Assembly (NCBI GenBank): GCA_965197585.1
Contig: OZ240215.1
Span: 2,048,001 to 2,112,000, forward strand
Reading direction: 5' to 3'
DNA from: Dehalococcoidia bacterium
Lineage (GTDB): Bacteria > Chloroflexota > Dehalococcoidia > Plut-88900
Length of the DNA: 64,000 nucleotides
Below, piece by piece: positions 18,199-29,643 of this stretch (positions within the stretch are counted from its first letter, which is position 1; every line of letters begins with the position of its first letter). The notes below the pieces were generated by a model. That model searched no databases. It was not told where the DNA came from and saw nothing but the letters and a program-made list of their open reading frames with translations. The translations under genes and the position numbers were made by a program.

Positions 18199-18981
18199 AT
18201 GAAAGCGCAACTGAAAAACAGGTCGGGAGAGGTACTGAGAGAAGTCGAAGTTAGCGACGGCCTCTTTGCTCTCCCACTGACTAGAACGCTGAAAGGCTTG
18301 CTCCACCAGGCGGTGGTCCGGCAACGGGCCAACGGCAGAAAGGGCCGACCCTCGGTCAAGACCCGGTCCGAGGTGGCCGGAAGCACCCGCAAGCTGTTCC
18401 CCCAGAAGGGGACGGGACGGGCGCGCGCTGGAGGCATCCGCTCTCCGCTGCGGCGGGGTGGGGGAGTCGCATTCGGGCCCCAGCCCAGAAGCTACTCCCA
18501 GCGCATGCCCAAGAAGATGCGAAGACTCGCCATTCGGGGCGCTCTGTCTGCCAAGATCGCCGACGGGCGCATAGCGATAGTCGATAACCTAGGTTTCGAG
18601 CAACCCAGGACCAAGGATATGGTCCAGCTGCTGGACTCCCTGAAGGCGAAGAAGTCGGTCCTGGTGGTCACACCCGAGCCGAGAGAGGCGCTTATAAAGT
18701 CGGCGGGGAACCTGGAACGGGTCAAGACCCTTCCCGCCCGCTATCTGAACGTATATGACGTCCTGGCCCACGAGAACCTGATCATCGAACTCGAAGCGGT
18801 CAGAACTGCCGAGGACCTCTGGGCCCCGGGTGGTAGGACTGTTGAAGAAGAGCCTAAGGCCCCGCCCGCGCGAAAGCCTCGGGCTCGGAAGCCCGCTGCC
18901 AAGGTCGAACCTGAAACTCCTGAACCAGAGTCGACTCCCGAGCCGGCGTCCGCTCCCGAAACTGAAACTGAGGAATCGTAA
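18199..18981 (+). CDS. rplD: 50S ribosomal protein L4 with C-terminal extension
   Basis: KTRSEV, QKGTGRARAG, GGGVAFGP. Confidence 0.97.
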   Translation: MKAQLKNRSGEVLREVEVSDGLFALPLTRTLKGLLHQAVVRQRANGRKGRPSVKTRSEVAGSTRKLFPQKGTGRARAGGIRSPLRRGGGVAFGPQPRSYSQRMPKKMRRLAIRGALSAKIADGRIAIVDNLGFEQPRTKDMVQLLDSLKAKKSVLVVTPEPREALIKSAGNLERVKTLPARYLNVYDVLAHENLIIELEAVRTAEDLWAPGGRTVEEEPKAPPARKPRARKPAAKVEPETPEPESTPEPASAPETETEES

Positions 18982-18984
18982 ACC

Positions 18985-19269
18985 GTGGAACTGCTGCAGG
19001 TCCTGAAAAGACCAATAGTCACCGAGAAAAGCACCATCCTCCACGAAAGCGACAAGTACGCTTTCGAGGTGATGTCCACCTCCAACAAGGTGCAGATCAA
19101 GGCGGCGGTGGAAAAGGCCTTCGATGTGAAGGTCACCGCGGTCAACACTATAACGGTGCCCGGCAAGACGAAGTTCCGGGGTCGGAGAAAGATCCAGACT
19201 TCGCCCTGGAAGAAGGCAATCGTGACGCTAAGGCCCGGGGACAAGATCGAGCTGTTCGAAGGAGTCTAG
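18985..19269 (+). CDS. rplW: 50S ribosomal protein L23
   Basis: PIVTEKS, WKKAIVTL. Confidence 0.97.
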   Translation: MELLQVLKRPIVTEKSTILHESDKYAFEVMSTSNKVQIKAAVEKAFDVKVTAVNTITVPGKTKFRGRRKIQTSPWKKAIVTLRPGDKIELFEGV

Positions 19270-19302
19270 CAAAGCAGACCCCTTTCGACTAAGGAAGCAT
19301 AT

Positions 19303-20127
19303 ATGGCCCTGAAAGTATACAAACCAACATCTCCGGGACGTAGAAACGCCACCGGCTCCTCCTTCGAGGAGATCACCAGGAGCAAACCCCACAAGGCCCT
19401 GCTGCTGCCACTGAAGAAGAAGGCGGGGCGCAACGTACGCGGCAAGATCACCGTGCGGCACCGGGGTGGGGGTGCCAAACGCAGGCTCCGGATTATCGAT
19501 TTCAAGAGAGACAAGATCGGGGTACCGGGGACGGTCGCCTCCATAGAGTACGACCCCAACCGGACGGCCCGCATAGCCCTTATTCACTATGCCGACGGCG
19601 ACAAGCGATACATCCTAGCCCCCTGGAACCTCCCGGTGGGACAGACTATAGTCTCCGGGCCCGAAGCACCGATCAAGGTCGGGAATACACTGCCCCTTAG
19701 GGTCATCCCCACCGGTACCACCATCCACAACATAGAGATGAAGCCCGGAAAGGGCGGACAGCTGGTTCGTGGAAGCGGTACGGCAGCCCAGCTGCTGGCC
19801 AAGGACGGCATTTACAGCCTGCTCAGACTGCCCTCGGGCGAGCTGCGCAGGGTGGAGAGCGAGTGCAAGGCGACCATCGGGCAGGTCGGCAACCCGGACC
19901 AGAAGAACATGAAGCTCGGCAAGGCAGGCCGTAACCGGTGGAGGGGAAAGAGGCCTTCGGTCAGAGGCTCGGCCATGAGCCCTCGGGACCATCCCCACGG
20001 TGGCGGCGAGGGTCGGTCCCCCGTGGGAATGCCCGGACCCAAGACTCCGTGGGGCAAACCTGCACTGGGATACCGTACCAGAAGGAAAAAGAAGTCCAAC
20101 ACCATGATCGTGAGGAGGCGGAAGTAG
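19303..20127 (+). CDS. rplB: 50S ribosomal protein L2
   Basis: [16 protein letters not shown]. Confidence 0.98.
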   Translation: MALKVYKPTSPGRRNATGSSFEEITRSKPHKALLLPLKKKAGRNVRGKITVRHRGGGAKRRLRIIDFKRDKIGVPGTVASIEYDPNRTARIALIHYADGDKRYILAPWNLPVGQTIVSGPEAPIKVGNTLPLRVIPTGTTIHNIEMKPGKGGQLVRGSGTAAQLLAKDGIYSLLRLPSGELRRVESECKATIGQVGNPDQKNMKLGKAGRNRWRGKRPSVRGSAMSPRDHPHGGGEGRSPVGMPGPKTPWGKPALGYRTRRKKKSNTMIVRRRK

Positions 20128-20128
20128 A

Positions 20129-20413
20129 ATGTCGAGATCGATCAAAAAGGGGCCGTTCGTTGACGCCAAGCTGATGAAGAAGGTGGAAGCGGCAATGGGG
20201 TCCAACAAGAAGGTGATCATCAAGACTTGGTCCCGCGCCTCGGTCATTATTCCGGACATGGTAGGGCAGACAATAGCCGTGCACGACGGCCAGAGGCACA
20301 TGCCGATTTTCGTGACGGAGAACATGGTCGGGCACAAGCTCGGGGAGTTCGCCCCAACCCGCCGGTTCAGGGGTCACATGGGCCGCACGGAGCAGGCCAC
20401 TCGAAGGATGTAG
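20129..20413 (+). CDS. rpsS: 30S ribosomal protein S19
   Basis: [18 protein letters not shown]. Confidence 0.98.
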   Translation: MSRSIKKGPFVDAKLMKKVEAAMGSNKKVIIKTWSRASVIIPDMVGQTIAVHDGQRHMPIFVTENMVGHKLGEFAPTRRFRGHMGRTEQATRRM

Positions 20414-20434
20414 AGACAGGAAAAGAGCAGAACA

Positions 20435-20779
20435 GTGGAAGTTAAGGCCCGAGTCAAAGGCATAAACGCATCACCCAAGAACCTGCGCAACCTGATCGAT
20501 ACCGTGCGCGGTATGAGGGTGGAGGACGCCATTTCCCAACTCCGGTTTACGCCCATTCCAATGGCACGTATCGTGAGGAAGGTAGTGGAGTCGGCCGCGG
20601 CCAACGCTGAGAACAACTACGACATGGTCCGGGACGAGCTTCGCATAGTGAAGATAACGGCGGATGAAGGGGCCAGCTTAAAAAGGTTCAAGGCCAAGCC
20701 CCGCGGCAGAGCTGCACCTATAATCAAGCGCACCAGCCACTTGACCGTGGTGGTTGACCAGGACGACGGGGAGAATTAA
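20435..20779 (+). CDS. rplV: 50S ribosomal protein L22
   Basis: SAAANAENN, KRTSHLTVVV. Confidence 0.97.
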   Translation: MEVKARVKGINASPKNLRNLIDTVRGMRVEDAISQLRFTPIPMARIVRKVVESAAANAENNYDMVRDELRIVKITADEGASLKRFKAKPRGRAAPIIKRTSHLTVVVDQDDGEN

Positions 20780-21583
20780 TTGGGACAGAAAACCCACCCT
20801 ATAGGGTTTCGGCTAGGCATTATCCGGGACTGGGACGCCAAGTGGTTCGCCCGTAAGGGCGTGCAGTACCGAAAGCTGGTGGCCGAGGATATGACGATCC
20901 GAAAGTCCATCCTCGGGAGTCACACGGACGCGGCCATCTCAAAAGTCGAGATCGAGAGGAACGCCAACGAGGTCATCGCCACAATTTACACGGCCAGGCC
21001 CGGAATCGTCATCGGGCGAGGGGGCCAGCGGGTAGACGAGCTGCGTGGGTTGCTGGAGAAGAGGACCGGCCGCCGAGTACGCCTGAACATCCAGGAGATA
21101 TCGCAGCCGGAGCAGGACGCCTTCCTCGTAGCCCGTAACATCGCCGACCAATTGGAGCGGCGCGTGTCGTACAGGCGGGCCATTAGGCAGGCGGCGACTC
21201 GGTCCATGCAGACGGGAATCCAGGGCATCAAGATCATCTGCTCGGGAAGACTGGGCGGAGCCGAGATAGCCCGTAACGAAAAGCATAGGGACGGTCGGGT
21301 CCCGCTCCACACCCTCCGGGCCGACATCGACTACGGAATCGCCGAGGCGCTCACTACCATGGGTGTCGTAGGCGTCAAAGTATGGATATATAAAGGGGAC
21401 ATCCTACCCGAACCCAAGCAGTCCGAAGCCGAAAGAATGGAGCCCATCAGCGTAACCATCCCAAGCTCCAAGACGCCGGATGCGGAAGCTGAGGGTTCTG
21501 ACGGACAGCCAATAATATTAGAGGAGAACTATGCTTCAGCCGAAACGAGTGAAGTTTCGGAAAGCCCATCGGGGACACCGTAG
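20780..21583 (+). CDS. rpsC: 30S ribosomal protein S3
   Basis: [23 protein letters not shown]. Confidence 0.97.
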   Translation: MGQKTHPIGFRLGIIRDWDAKWFARKGVQYRKLVAEDMTIRKSILGSHTDAAISKVEIERNANEVIATIYTARPGIVIGRGGQRVDELRGLLEKRTGRRVRLNIQEISQPEQDAFLVARNIADQLERRVSYRRAIRQAATRSMQTGIQGIKIICSGRLGGAEIARNEKHRDGRVPLHTLRADIDYGIAEALTTMGVVGVKVWIYKGDILPEPKQSEAERMEPISVTIPSSKTPDAEAEGSDGQPIILEENYASAETSEVSESPSGTP

Positions 21584-21947
21584 GGGCACGGCCCACGCGG
21601 GAGCGGGTCTTTCTTTCGGGGAGTTCGGGCTCAAGGCCCAGTCCACTGCGTGGATTACCAACCGCCAGATAGAGGCAGCCCGGCGTGCCATCACCCACCA
21701 CGTCAAGCGTGGTGGGCAGATCTGGATACGCATCTTCCCCGATAAGCCGGTAACCTCGAAGCCACTGGAGACCCGCATGGGAAGCGGAAAGGGCAACGTG
21801 GACCACTGGGTTGCAGTGGTAAAACGGGGCCGGATGCTCTTCGAAATCGGCGGAGTGGAGAAGGAAACGGCCAAGGAGGCCATGAGAAGGGCCTCCCACA
21901 AGCTGCCCGTCTCCACACGATTCGTGTCCCGGGACGAGCTTGTATAG
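21531..21947 (+). CDS. rplP: 50S ribosomal protein L16
   Basis: MLQPKR, RMGSGKG. Confidence 0.98.
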   Translation: MLQPKRVKFRKAHRGHRRGTAHAGAGLSFGEFGLKAQSTAWITNRQIEAARRAITHHVKRGGQIWIRIFPDKPVTSKPLETRMGSGKGNVDHWVAVVKRGRMLFEIGGVEKETAKEAMRRASHKLPVSTRFVSRDELV

Positions 21948-21974
21948 CGGCGCAATCCAAGCGAGGTATCTTAG

Positions 21975-22178
21975 TTGAAAGCGGAAGAAATAAGGAGCCT
22001 GTCGGCAGTGGACCTGGAACGGGAGTTGGAAAACTCCTACCGGGAGACCTTCAATTTGAGGTTCCGCCGCGCCACAAACCAGCTCACCAACCACAGAGAG
22101 ATCAGACGCATTCGCAGAAAGATCGCACGACTGAAGACGATCATGCGGGAGCGGGAATTGGCTCAGGGAAACAGATGA
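21975..22178 (+). CDS. rpmC: 50S ribosomal protein L29
   Basis: FNLRF, IARLKT; position. Confidence 0.95.
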   Translation: MKAEEIRSLSAVDLERELENSYRETFNLRFRRATNQLTNHREIRRIRRKIARLKTIMRERELAQGNR

Positions 22179-22480
22179 ATAAGTCCCGCAAGACAATTTT
22201 AGGCCAGGTCGTCAGCGACAAGATGGACAAGACCGTTGTCGTAGCGGTGGAGCGTTACCGCACCCACCGGCTGTATAAACGGCGCATCAGACGGATAACC
22301 AAGTTCAAGGCCCACGACTACAACAACTCCTGCAAGCTGGGCGATACCGTACGGATAGAGGAGACCAAGCCCCTGTCCCGAGAAAAGCGCTGGCGCGTGA
22401 TTGAGGTCCTGGCCCGAATAGACATCGCCGATACCCAGCCGGACGAATTAGCCGGCATGACAGAAGGGGCCAAGAAATAA
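22175..22480 (+). CDS. rpsQ: 30S ribosomal protein S17
   Basis: [20 protein letters not shown]. Confidence 0.97.
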   Translation: MNKSRKTILGQVVSDKMDKTVVVAVERYRTHRLYKRRIRRITKFKAHDYNNSCKLGDTVRIEETKPLSREKRWRVIEVLARIDIADTQPDELAGMTEGAKK

Positions 22481-22848
22481 TGATACGCGTAGCTACCCGA
22501 CTCCAGGTTGCCGACAACTCTGGGGCCAAGGTGATAGAGTGCATCAACGTGCCCGGCGGCACCGGCAAGCGCTACGCCACCATCGGCGAGATCATCGTCG
22601 CCTCGGTGAAGCAGGCCGCGCCCGCCGCCCAGGTGAAGAAGGGCGACGTGGTCAAGGCGGTCATTGTGCGGGTAGCCAAGCCCTATCGCAGGCCCGACGG
22701 CTCATACATCCGCTTTGACGAAAACGCCGGAGTTATATTGAGCGACACCTCCAATCCTAGGGGCACGCGGATCTTCGGGCCCGTGGCCCGTGAGCTGCGA
22801 GAGCGCAACTTCACCAAGATCGTATCCCTCGCTCCGGAGGTGCTCTAG
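22480..22848 (+). CDS. rplN: 50S ribosomal protein L14
   Basis: [19 protein letters not shown]. Confidence 0.98.
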   Translation: MIRVATRLQVADNSGAKVIECINVPGGTGKRYATIGEIIVASVKQAAPAAQVKKGDVVKAVIVRVAKPYRRPDGSYIRFDENAGVILSDTSNPRGTRIFGPVARELRERNFTKIVSLAPEVL

Positions 22849-22884
22849 CATCATCCCGGCAAACGAGAACTTGAAGGTATTATT

Positions 22885-23214
22885 TTGAGAATCAAGAAGA
22901 ACGATAAGGTCCTAGTACTTGCCGGCAAAGATAAGGGCAAGACGGGAAGGATATTTCGGATTAGTCCCGCTGACGGACTGGCCTGGGTGGAGAAAATCAA
23001 CTCCACAAAGAAGGCCATGAGGCCCAAACCCAACGTTAGGCAGGCCGGACTTATAGACCTGGAACTCCCAATGCAAATGTCCAACCTGAAGCTGGTCTGT
23101 CCCTCCTGCGACAAGCCGACCAAGGCTCTCGCCGACAAGTCCCAGCCCCAGAGCGCTGCGCCGGGGCAAGGCTATCCCAGAGTTTGTAAACTATGCCAAG
23201 CGACGATAGAGTAA
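22885..23214 (+). CDS. rplX: 50S ribosomal protein L24 (two CxxC motifs)
   Basis: KOW motif [13 protein letters not shown]. Confidence 0.95.
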   Translation: MRIKKNDKVLVLAGKDKGKTGRIFRISPADGLAWVEKINSTKKAMRPKPNVRQAGLIDLELPMQMSNLKLVCPSCDKPTKALADKSQPQSAAPGQGYPRVCKLCQATIE

Positions 23215-23819
23215 AACCGAAAAGAAAATCCAAGGCGAAGGCCAAAGAGGCGGCTCCGGCATCAAACGGGGTCCAGCCTAGGCTCAAGGTCCGGTATAGG
23301 GAAGAGATCATTCCGGCCCTGGTGCAGCACTTCAGCTATGCCAACGTGATGCAGGCGCCGAAGGTGGATAAGATCGTCCTCAACATCGGGTTGGGTGAGG
23401 CGCTTTCGAACCCTCGAGCCGTGGAAGGCGCCACCCGAGACCTGGAGACGATCACCGGGCAGCACCCCGTGACGACCCGGGCAAAGAAGTCGGTGGCGAA
23501 CTTCCGGGTGAGGGACGGCATGATCATCGGGATCATGGTCACTCTCCGCGGAGGCAGGATGTACGAATTTCTGGACCGGCTCCTCAACGCCGCCCTACCC
23601 CGCATCAGGGACTTCCGAGGCGTGTCCACCGCTGCCTTCGATGGCCGGGGCAACTACAGCCTCGGGTTTGGCGACCAGACACTATTCCCGGAAATAGATT
23701 ATGACAAGATGGACCGGCAACGGGGCCTGCAGGTCACAATCGTGACCTCCGCCAAGACCGATGAAGAAGCCCGGCAACTATTGACCCAGTTAGGCATGCC
23801 CTTCGCGCGGCCGGCATAA
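23193..23819 (+). CDS. rplE: 50S ribosomal protein L5
   Basis: [23 protein letters not shown]; start uncertain. Confidence 0.96.
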   Translation: MPSDDRVKPKRKSKAKAKEAAPASNGVQPRLKVRYREEIIPALVQHFSYANVMQAPKVDKIVLNIGLGEALSNPRAVEGATRDLETITGQHPVTTRAKKSVANFRVRDGMIIGIMVTLRGGRMYEFLDRLLNAALPRIRDFRGVSTAAFDGRGNYSLGFGDQTLFPEIDYDKMDRQRGLQVTIVTSAKTDEEARQLLTQLGMPFARPA

Positions 23820-23846
23820 GATAGCAACAGGAAGGAAACGAGTAGC

Positions 23847-24032
23847 GTGGCCCGAGCAGCCAAGGTAGCCAAATGGCAAAAGCCCCCCAAGTACCGGGCA
23901 CAGTTCCGCAACCGGTGCAACCTCTGTGGACGACCCAGGGGATATATGAGGTATTTCGGCCTGTGCCGTATCTGCTTTAGAGAATTGGCCCTGCAGGGCA
24001 AGCTGCCCGGGGTCAGAAAGTCGAGTTGGTAG
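23847..24032 (+). CDS. rpsZ: 30S ribosomal protein S14 type Z (Zn-binding)
   Basis: RCNLCGR...LCRICFR, 61 aa. Confidence 0.96.
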   Translation: MARAAKVAKWQKPPKYRAQFRNRCNLCGRPRGYMRYFGLCRICFRELALQGKLPGVRKSSW

Positions 24033-24042
24033 AGCTGAAATT

Positions 24043-24444
24043 ATGGGAGTAGTAACGGACCCCATCGCCGATATGTTGACCCGGATAAGGAACGCCTTGG
24101 CCGTGGACCATTCCACGGTGTCGATGCCCGCATCGAAGACCAAGAGCGCCATTGCAGGCATCCTCAAATCCGAAGGATTCATAAGCGATTTCGAAGTAGT
24201 GAAGAGCGAACCCCAGGACACGCTGCGTCTCCTTCTGAGATACGAGGAAGAAGGCAAGCCCATGATCCGTGGCCTGAAGCGGCTCAGCAAGCCCGGCCTC
24301 CGAGTATACATAAGCAAGGACGAGATACCGAGGGTCTACGGCGGAGTCGGCATCACGGTAGTCTCCACTTCCAAGGGAATGATGACCGGGTCCCGGGCCT
24401 GGAGGCAAAAGGTCGGCGGCGAGCTCATGTTCCAGGTATGGTAA
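24043..24444 (+). CDS. rpsH: 30S ribosomal protein S8
   Basis: DPIADMLTRIRN, SKPGLRVY. Confidence 0.98.
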   Translation: MGVVTDPIADMLTRIRNALAVDHSTVSMPASKTKSAIAGILKSEGFISDFEVVKSEPQDTLRLLLRYEEEGKPMIRGLKRLSKPGLRVYISKDEIPRVYGGVGITVVSTSKGMMTGSRAWRQKVGGELMFQVW

Positions 24445-24479
24445 GGGCGCTCAAATATATCAGTGAATAAGTAAAGATC

Positions 24480-25028
24480 ATGTCAAGAATTGGAAAACAG
24501 CCTATCGCCATCCCTTCCGGTGTGGAAGTCGCAATGAAAGACAGCCACATCACCGTCACTGGGCCCCGCGGCGAGCTTTATTACACCCACAACTCCGATC
24601 TCACCGTGTCTCGGGACGACAGTGTCCTCACCGTGACCAGACCCACCGATCAGCGGGAACACAGGGCTCTGCACGGGCTCACCCGGACGCTCATAGCAAA
24701 CATGGTCCACGGAGTGAGCGAGGGGTTCACCAAGAGCCTGACGCTTGTAGGTGTTGGGTACAGAGCTCAGATGGACGGCGGAAAACTGGTGCTACAGGTG
24801 GGCTTTTCTCACCGGGTAGAGGTCTCCCCGCCCGAGGGTATAACCCTGAGCGTGGAGGGAAACGATAGGATAATCGTCAGTGGGATAGACAAGCAGTCGG
24901 TCGGGCAGGTAGCGGCCAAGATACGCCGCATTCGCCGCCCCGATCCCTACAAGGGCAAGGGCATCCGATACACGGGCGAATATATCCGGCTGAAGCCCGG
25001 CAAGCGGGCCGCCACAGGCGCAGGATAA
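24480..25028 (+). CDS. rplF: 50S ribosomal protein L6
   Basis: MSRIGK, PDPYKGKGIRY. Confidence 0.98.
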   Translation: MSRIGKQPIAIPSGVEVAMKDSHITVTGPRGELYYTHNSDLTVSRDDSVLTVTRPTDQREHRALHGLTRTLIANMVHGVSEGFTKSLTLVGVGYRAQMDGGKLVLQVGFSHRVEVSPPEGITLSVEGNDRIIVSGIDKQSVGQVAAKIRRIRRPDPYKGKGIRYTGEYIRLKPGKRAATGAG

Positions 25029-25031
25029 CAC

Positions 25032-25397
25032 ATGGCAAAGTTGGACCGAAGACAAGCAAGATCACGTAGGCAGCGAAGGATCAGGAAAAACTTGTCCGGC
25101 ACCCCGGACAGGCCCCGACTCTCGATTTTCCGCAGCCTTAACCATATCTACGCGCAGGTCATAGACGACGACAAAGGAGTCACCATTGCGGCGGCGTCCA
25201 GCTTGGAGGAGTCGGTGGCCAAGGAGTCGGAAGGGAAGCGGAAGAAGGATGTTGCGGGGCTCGTTGGAGATCTCATAGCCTCCCGGGCCACGGGCAAGGG
25301 CGTGAACACGGTGGTTTTCGACCGAGGTGGTTATCGCTACTTCGGCAGGGTGCAATCCCTCGCTGAAGGCGCCCGAAAAGGTGGGTTGAAGTTTTGA
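25032..25397 (+). CDS. rplR: 50S ribosomal protein L18
   Basis: [15 protein letters not shown]. Confidence 0.97.
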   Translation: MAKLDRRQARSRRQRRIRKNLSGTPDRPRLSIFRSLNHIYAQVIDDDKGVTIAAASSLEESVAKESEGKRKKDVAGLVGDLIASRATGKGVNTVVFDRGGYRYFGRVQSLAEGARKGGLKF

Positions 25398-25924
25398 TGG
25401 GAAGAAACGACAGACGAGATAACAGACGAGACAGGGTCGACTCCCGTAACTCGGACTTGACCGAACGCGTCGTACACATCAACCGTGTTTCCAAAGTGGT
25501 AAAGGGCGGTAGAAGGTTCAGGTTCACTGCACTGGTAGTGGTTGGCGACGGCAACGGTCGCGCAGGTGTGGGCCTCGGCAAATCGGCAAGCGTCCCCGAC
25601 GCAGTTCGGAAAGGCAACACCATAGCCACTAAGAGCATGGTCAAGGTACTGCTCAAGGACACCACCATCCCCCACGAAATCGTGAGCAAATTCGGTGGCG
25701 CCAAGGTGGTGCTGCGGCCGGCGGGTCCCGGCACCGGAGTAATAGCCGGCGGCGGGGTCAGGGCCGTGCTGGAGGCGGCGGGGGTGAAGGACGTACTCAC
25801 CAAGTCGCTTGGAAGCAGCAATCCGATCAACACCTCCAAGGCTACGTTGCGCGGATTGCAGCAACTTCGAGACCCTGCACAAGCCATTGCGGCCCGCAAG
25901 GGCCAACCGGCGGAGTCGGAGTAA
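25397..25924 (+). CDS. rpsE: 30S ribosomal protein S5
   Basis: [17 protein letters not shown]. Confidence 0.98.
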   Translation: MGRNDRRDNRRDRVDSRNSDLTERVVHINRVSKVVKGGRRFRFTALVVVGDGNGRAGVGLGKSASVPDAVRKGNTIATKSMVKVLLKDTTIPHEIVSKFGGAKVVLRPAGPGTGVIAGGGVRAVLEAAGVKDVLTKSLGSSNPINTSKATLRGLQQLRDPAQAIAARKGQPAESE

Positions 25925-25934
25925 GGCAAAATCT

Positions 25935-26117
25935 GTGTCACGAATCAAAGTAACCCTTCGAAAAAGCAGTATCGGACATCCCCAGGACCAGAGGGGCACC
26001 CTCCGGGCCCTGGGGCTTAAAAGGCTGCACCAGACCGTAGAGCACGAGGACAATCCGTCCCTGCGGGGCATGGTGCAGAAGGTCAATCACCTGGTTGTAG
26101 TGGAAGAAATACAATGA
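25935..26117 (+). CDS. rpmD: 50S ribosomal protein L30
   Basis: GTG start; IKVTLRKSSIG, LRALGL, RGMVQKVNHL. Confidence 0.93.
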   Translation: MSRIKVTLRKSSIGHPQDQRGTLRALGLKRLHQTVEHEDNPSLRGMVQKVNHLVVVEEIQ

Positions 26118-26560
26118 GACTGAATGAGTTGTCGCCGTTACCCCGGTCCAAGAGATCGCGCCGACGCGTTGGTCGGGGATACGGCAGCAACTATGGCCAC
26201 ACCTCGGGGCGGGGCAACAAAGGTCAGAAGTCCCGGTCGGGTGGAAGCATACGCCGCGGGTTCGAAGGCGGGCAGCTTCCGCTGATCAAGCGCATGCCAT
26301 CCAAGAGGGGCTTCACCAATATATTTCGAAAAGAATATCTGCCCATAAACCTGTCCCAGCTAAATGCATTTGAAAATGGGACGGAGGTCACCCCCGACCT
26401 CCTCTTGTCCCGCAGAATAGTCAGAGACCTGCGAAAACCCATCAAAGTCCTGGGTGAAGGAGAGCTGGACCGGGCTCTGAGCATCAAGGCGAACAAGTTC
26501 TCCGTGTCCGCGGTATCCAAAATCGAAGCAGCTGGCGGGAGTGTGGAGATCCTAGGCTAG
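26114..26560 (+). CDS. rplO: 50S ribosomal protein L15
   Basis: GRGNKGQKSRSG, FEGGQLPL. Confidence 0.97.
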   Translation: MRLNELSPLPRSKRSRRRVGRGYGSNYGHTSGRGNKGQKSRSGGSIRRGFEGGQLPLIKRMPSKRGFTNIFRKEYLPINLSQLNAFENGTEVTPDLLLSRRIVRDLRKPIKVLGEGELDRALSIKANKFSVSAVSKIEAAGGSVEILG

Positions 26561-27904
26561 ATGCAGCAGACCCAAACCGTATCTTCAAGACCCAAGCTGC
26601 TCCAGGCCATGATAGATGTGGCCGGGCAGCCAGACCTGCGCGGCAAGGTCCTGTTCATGCTGGCCATCCTGGTCATCTACCGGTTCGTGGCCCACGTCCC
26701 GGTTCCCGGTATCGACGTGGACAACCTCGCTAGATTCTTCGATCCCTCACAGGGGAACAATCTTTCCGGGATGCTGGACCTGTTCAGCGGCGGCGCCCTC
26801 CGAAACCTCAGCGTCGCCTCCATGGGCGTCTACCCGTACATCACCGCATCCATCGTCATGCAGCTTCTAATCCCTGTGGTCCCCCGGCTGCAACAGCTTT
26901 CCAGGGAGGGCGGCGAGGCAGGACGGCAGAGGCTGAACCAGATTACTCACTGGCTGACGGTGCCTATGGCACTGGCCCAGAGCTTCGGGCAGCTGGTGCT
27001 GCTGGAGCGGGGCGGCGTGCTGGAGCAGGGAATCGGGTTCACGGGCGGCCAGCTAGGCCCGACCATCGCAATGATGGCCTCTATGACCGCGGGCACCATG
27101 TTCTGCGTATGGCTCGGCGAACTCATCACCGAGCGAGGCATCGGCAACGGTATATCGCTGATTATCTTCTCGGGCATAGTCTCCGGACTCCCGACGCTGC
27201 TGGGCCAGGCATTCCTGCAGAGGGGCAACGTCGGCGGGCTGGTGGTCTTCTTCGCCATCGCACTCATAACGGTCTACTGCATTGTCCTCTTCACCGAAGC
27301 CCAGCGCCGGATTCCGGTACAGTACGGACGGAGCGTGTTCCGAAGCGGCCGAATGTATCGGCAGGCAGGCGCGACGCACATTCCGTTGCGGGTCAACTCC
27401 GCAGGGATGATTCCGATTATCTTCGCGTTTTCGATAATGATTTTTCCGGGGCTGGTGGCCAGCTACTTCGTCGGTTCGAACACCGGCTGGCTGGCCACCG
27501 CAGCCCGTTTCGTAGGCAATGTATTCGACACCACCGGCCTGTTCTACTGGATTATGACCTTCTTCCTGGTGGTGGCTTTCGCCTTCTTCTACTCAATAAT
27601 CGTGTTCCAGCAGCAGAACATCGCCGAGAATTTGCAGAGGCAGGGCGGGTTTATACCTGGCATCCGGCCCGGCAAACCGACCAACGACCACATAACCAGG
27701 GTATTGCTTCGGATAACGTTGGGAGGTGCGATCTTCCTGGGAATAATCGCCATCATCCCCTACTTCTCCGGAGAGTTTACAGGGGTCAAGGGGTTACAGC
27801 TTACCGGTGTGGCCATGCTCATCGCCGTTGGTGTTGTACTTGACACCATGAGACAGCTCGAAGCCCAACTCCTGATGCGCCGCTACGAGGGATTCATCCG
27901 ATGA
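26561..27904 (+). CDS. secY: Preprotein translocase SecY
   Basis: PYITASIVMQLL, GIGNGISL, IPGIRPG. Confidence 0.98.
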   Translation: MQQTQTVSSRPKLLQAMIDVAGQPDLRGKVLFMLAILVIYRFVAHVPVPGIDVDNLARFFDPSQGNNLSGMLDLFSGGALRNLSVASMGVYPYITASIVMQLLIPVVPRLQQLSREGGEAGRQRLNQITHWLTVPMALAQSFGQLVLLERGGVLEQGIGFTGGQLGPTIAMMASMTAGTMFCVWLGELITERGIGNGISLIIFSGIVSGLPTLLGQAFLQRGNVGGLVVFFAIALITVYCIVLFTEAQRRIPVQYGRSVFRSGRMYRQAGATHIPLRVNSAGMIPIIFAFSIMIFPGLVASYFVGSNTGWLATAARFVGNVFDTTGLFYWIMTFFLVVAFAFFYSIIVFQQQNIAENLQRQGGFIPGIRPGKPTNDHITRVLLRITLGGAIFLGIIAIIPYFSGEFTGVKGLQLTGVAMLIAVGVVLDTMRQLEAQLLMRRYEGFIR

Positions 27905-28572
27905 TGTACGTGATACTTCTCGGAGGCCCCGGAGCGGGCAAGGGCACCCAGGCGGTCGGCCTATCTTCCGAGTTGGAAGCGGCCCACGTCGCGTCGGGAG
28001 ACCTGTTCCGCCGGGCGCTGGGACAGGGCACGCCTCTCGGTTTAGAAGCCAAGTCCTACATGGACAAGGGCGAACTGGTACCCGACGAGTTGACCGTCAG
28101 GATGGTCCTCGAAAGGCTCCAGGAAACCGACTGTCAGAGAGGAGCCGTCCTGGACGGATTTCCCCGCACCTTGGCACAGGCCCAGGCGCTGGACACTGCT
28201 CTCGATGCGCTAAGCAAGGGGATCGGGGCAGTCTTATATATCAAGGTCTCGGAAGAAGAGTTAATACGTCGGCTAAGTGGCCGGTGGATCTGTCGAGCCT
28301 GCCAGTCCCCTTACCATATAGTCAATTCCCCACCAAAGAGTGAGGGTGTCTGCGACCGCTGCGGCGGTGAGCTCTACCAGAGGGATGACGACACCGAGGC
28401 CACATCTCGCAGACGGGTACAGGTCTACAAGGATCAGACTGCGCCGCTCATATCCTATTATCAGGGGCAAGGCTCGCTCATCGAGATCGATGGAGAGCAG
28501 CCGATAGAACAGGTCGGGCAGCAAATGGCCGACTCCCTGAAAGTCCTTTCCGGGCGGGGGGCATCCCGATGA
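27901..28572 (+). CDS. adk: Adenylate kinase (Zn-lid)
   Basis: GGPGAGKGTQ, LDGFPRT, CRAC/CDRC lid. Confidence 0.97.
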   Translation: MMYVILLGGPGAGKGTQAVGLSSELEAAHVASGDLFRRALGQGTPLGLEAKSYMDKGELVPDELTVRMVLERLQETDCQRGAVLDGFPRTLAQAQALDTALDALSKGIGAVLYIKVSEEELIRRLSGRWICRACQSPYHIVNSPPKSEGVCDRCGGELYQRDDDTEATSRRRVQVYKDQTAPLISYYQGQGSLIEIDGEQPIEQVGQQMADSLKVLSGRGASR

Positions 28573-29366
28573 ACAAAACGTTTCTGGGAGGCTCCAGGGT
28601 CGTCATTCAGGAAGGTATGGAGATCAAGACTCCTCGGGAGCTTGAGCGGATGAAGCAGGCCGGCAAGGTGGTGGCCCACACGCTGAAAGCGCTCCAAGCG
28701 GCCGTCGAGCCGGGCATCACCACTGGTGACCTGGACTTTGTTGCCCGGTCTGAGATTGCCCGGCACAGGGCCATACCGTCATTCGTCGGCTATCGGGGTT
28801 TCCCTGCAGCCGTCTGCGTATCCATCAACAATGAGATTGTCCACGGCATCCCCGGGGAGCGGGTCATCAATGAAGGAGACCTTGTCAGCGTTGACGTCGG
28901 CGCGATAGTTGATGGGTTCCACGGTGACGCCGCCGTTACCGTAGGAGCGGGAGAGATTACCGAGGAAGCTCAACGCCTCATCGATGCGACCAGAGACTCC
29001 CTGGACTGTGGCATCGAGGCGGCGGTGATCGGTGCACGGATCGGGGACATCTCTTTTGCGGTGCAGAACCACGCCGAGGCCCTCGGTTTCTCGGTGGTCA
29101 GGGAGTACGTGGGGCACGGGATAGGGCGCAGGATGCACGAAGAGCCCTCGGTGCCGAATTATGGAAAGCCGGGGCGCGGGCTCCAGCTGAGAGAGGGAAT
29201 GGCGCTGGCAATAGAGCCGATGCTCAATATAGGGGACTGGACCACGTCTCTGATGAATGACGGCTGGACTGTCGTCACACGAGATGGTAGCCTGTCCGCC
29301 CATTTCGAACACAGCATAGCGATCACGACCGAAGGCCCGATAGTAATGACGAGGTTGGACGACTAG
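28569..29366 (+). CDS. map: Methionine aminopeptidase type I
   Basis: HGIP, GHGIG..MHEEP, AIEPM, SAHFEH. Confidence 0.96.
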   Translation: MNKTFLGGSRVVIQEGMEIKTPRELERMKQAGKVVAHTLKALQAAVEPGITTGDLDFVARSEIARHRAIPSFVGYRGFPAAVCVSINNEIVHGIPGERVINEGDLVSVDVGAIVDGFHGDAAVTVGAGEITEEAQRLIDATRDSLDCGIEAAVIGARIGDISFAVQNHAEALGFSVVREYVGHGIGRRMHEEPSVPNYGKPGRGLQLREGMALAIEPMLNIGDWTTSLMNDGWTVVTRDGSLSAHFEHSIAITTEGPIVMTRLDD

Positions 29367-29395
29367 CGATAGTGAAGGGACTGTAGGGATAGACT

Positions 29396-29629
29396 ATGGC
29401 TGAAGAGCGGACCGTGCAGAAAGAGAAGATAGAGGTCGAGGGCCGGATCGTCGAGACTCTGCCCAACGGCATGTTCACCGTGGAGCTGGCCAACGGGCAC
29501 CAGGTGCTGGCCCACGTATCGGGCAAGATGCGCATTCATTTCATCAGGATCCTCCTCGGGGACCGGGTGCTCGTAGAGCTCTCGCCCTACGACCTGAGCC
29601 GGGGACGGATCACCTATCGGTTCAAGTAG
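29396..29629 (+). CDS. infA: Translation initiation factor IF-1
   Basis: [18 protein letters not shown]. Confidence 0.97.
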   Translation: MAEERTVQKEKIEVEGRIVETLPNGMFTVELANGHQVLAHVSGKMRIHFIRILLGDRVLVELSPYDLSRGRITYRFK

Positions 29630-29643
29630 GAGACGTAAGCGGG

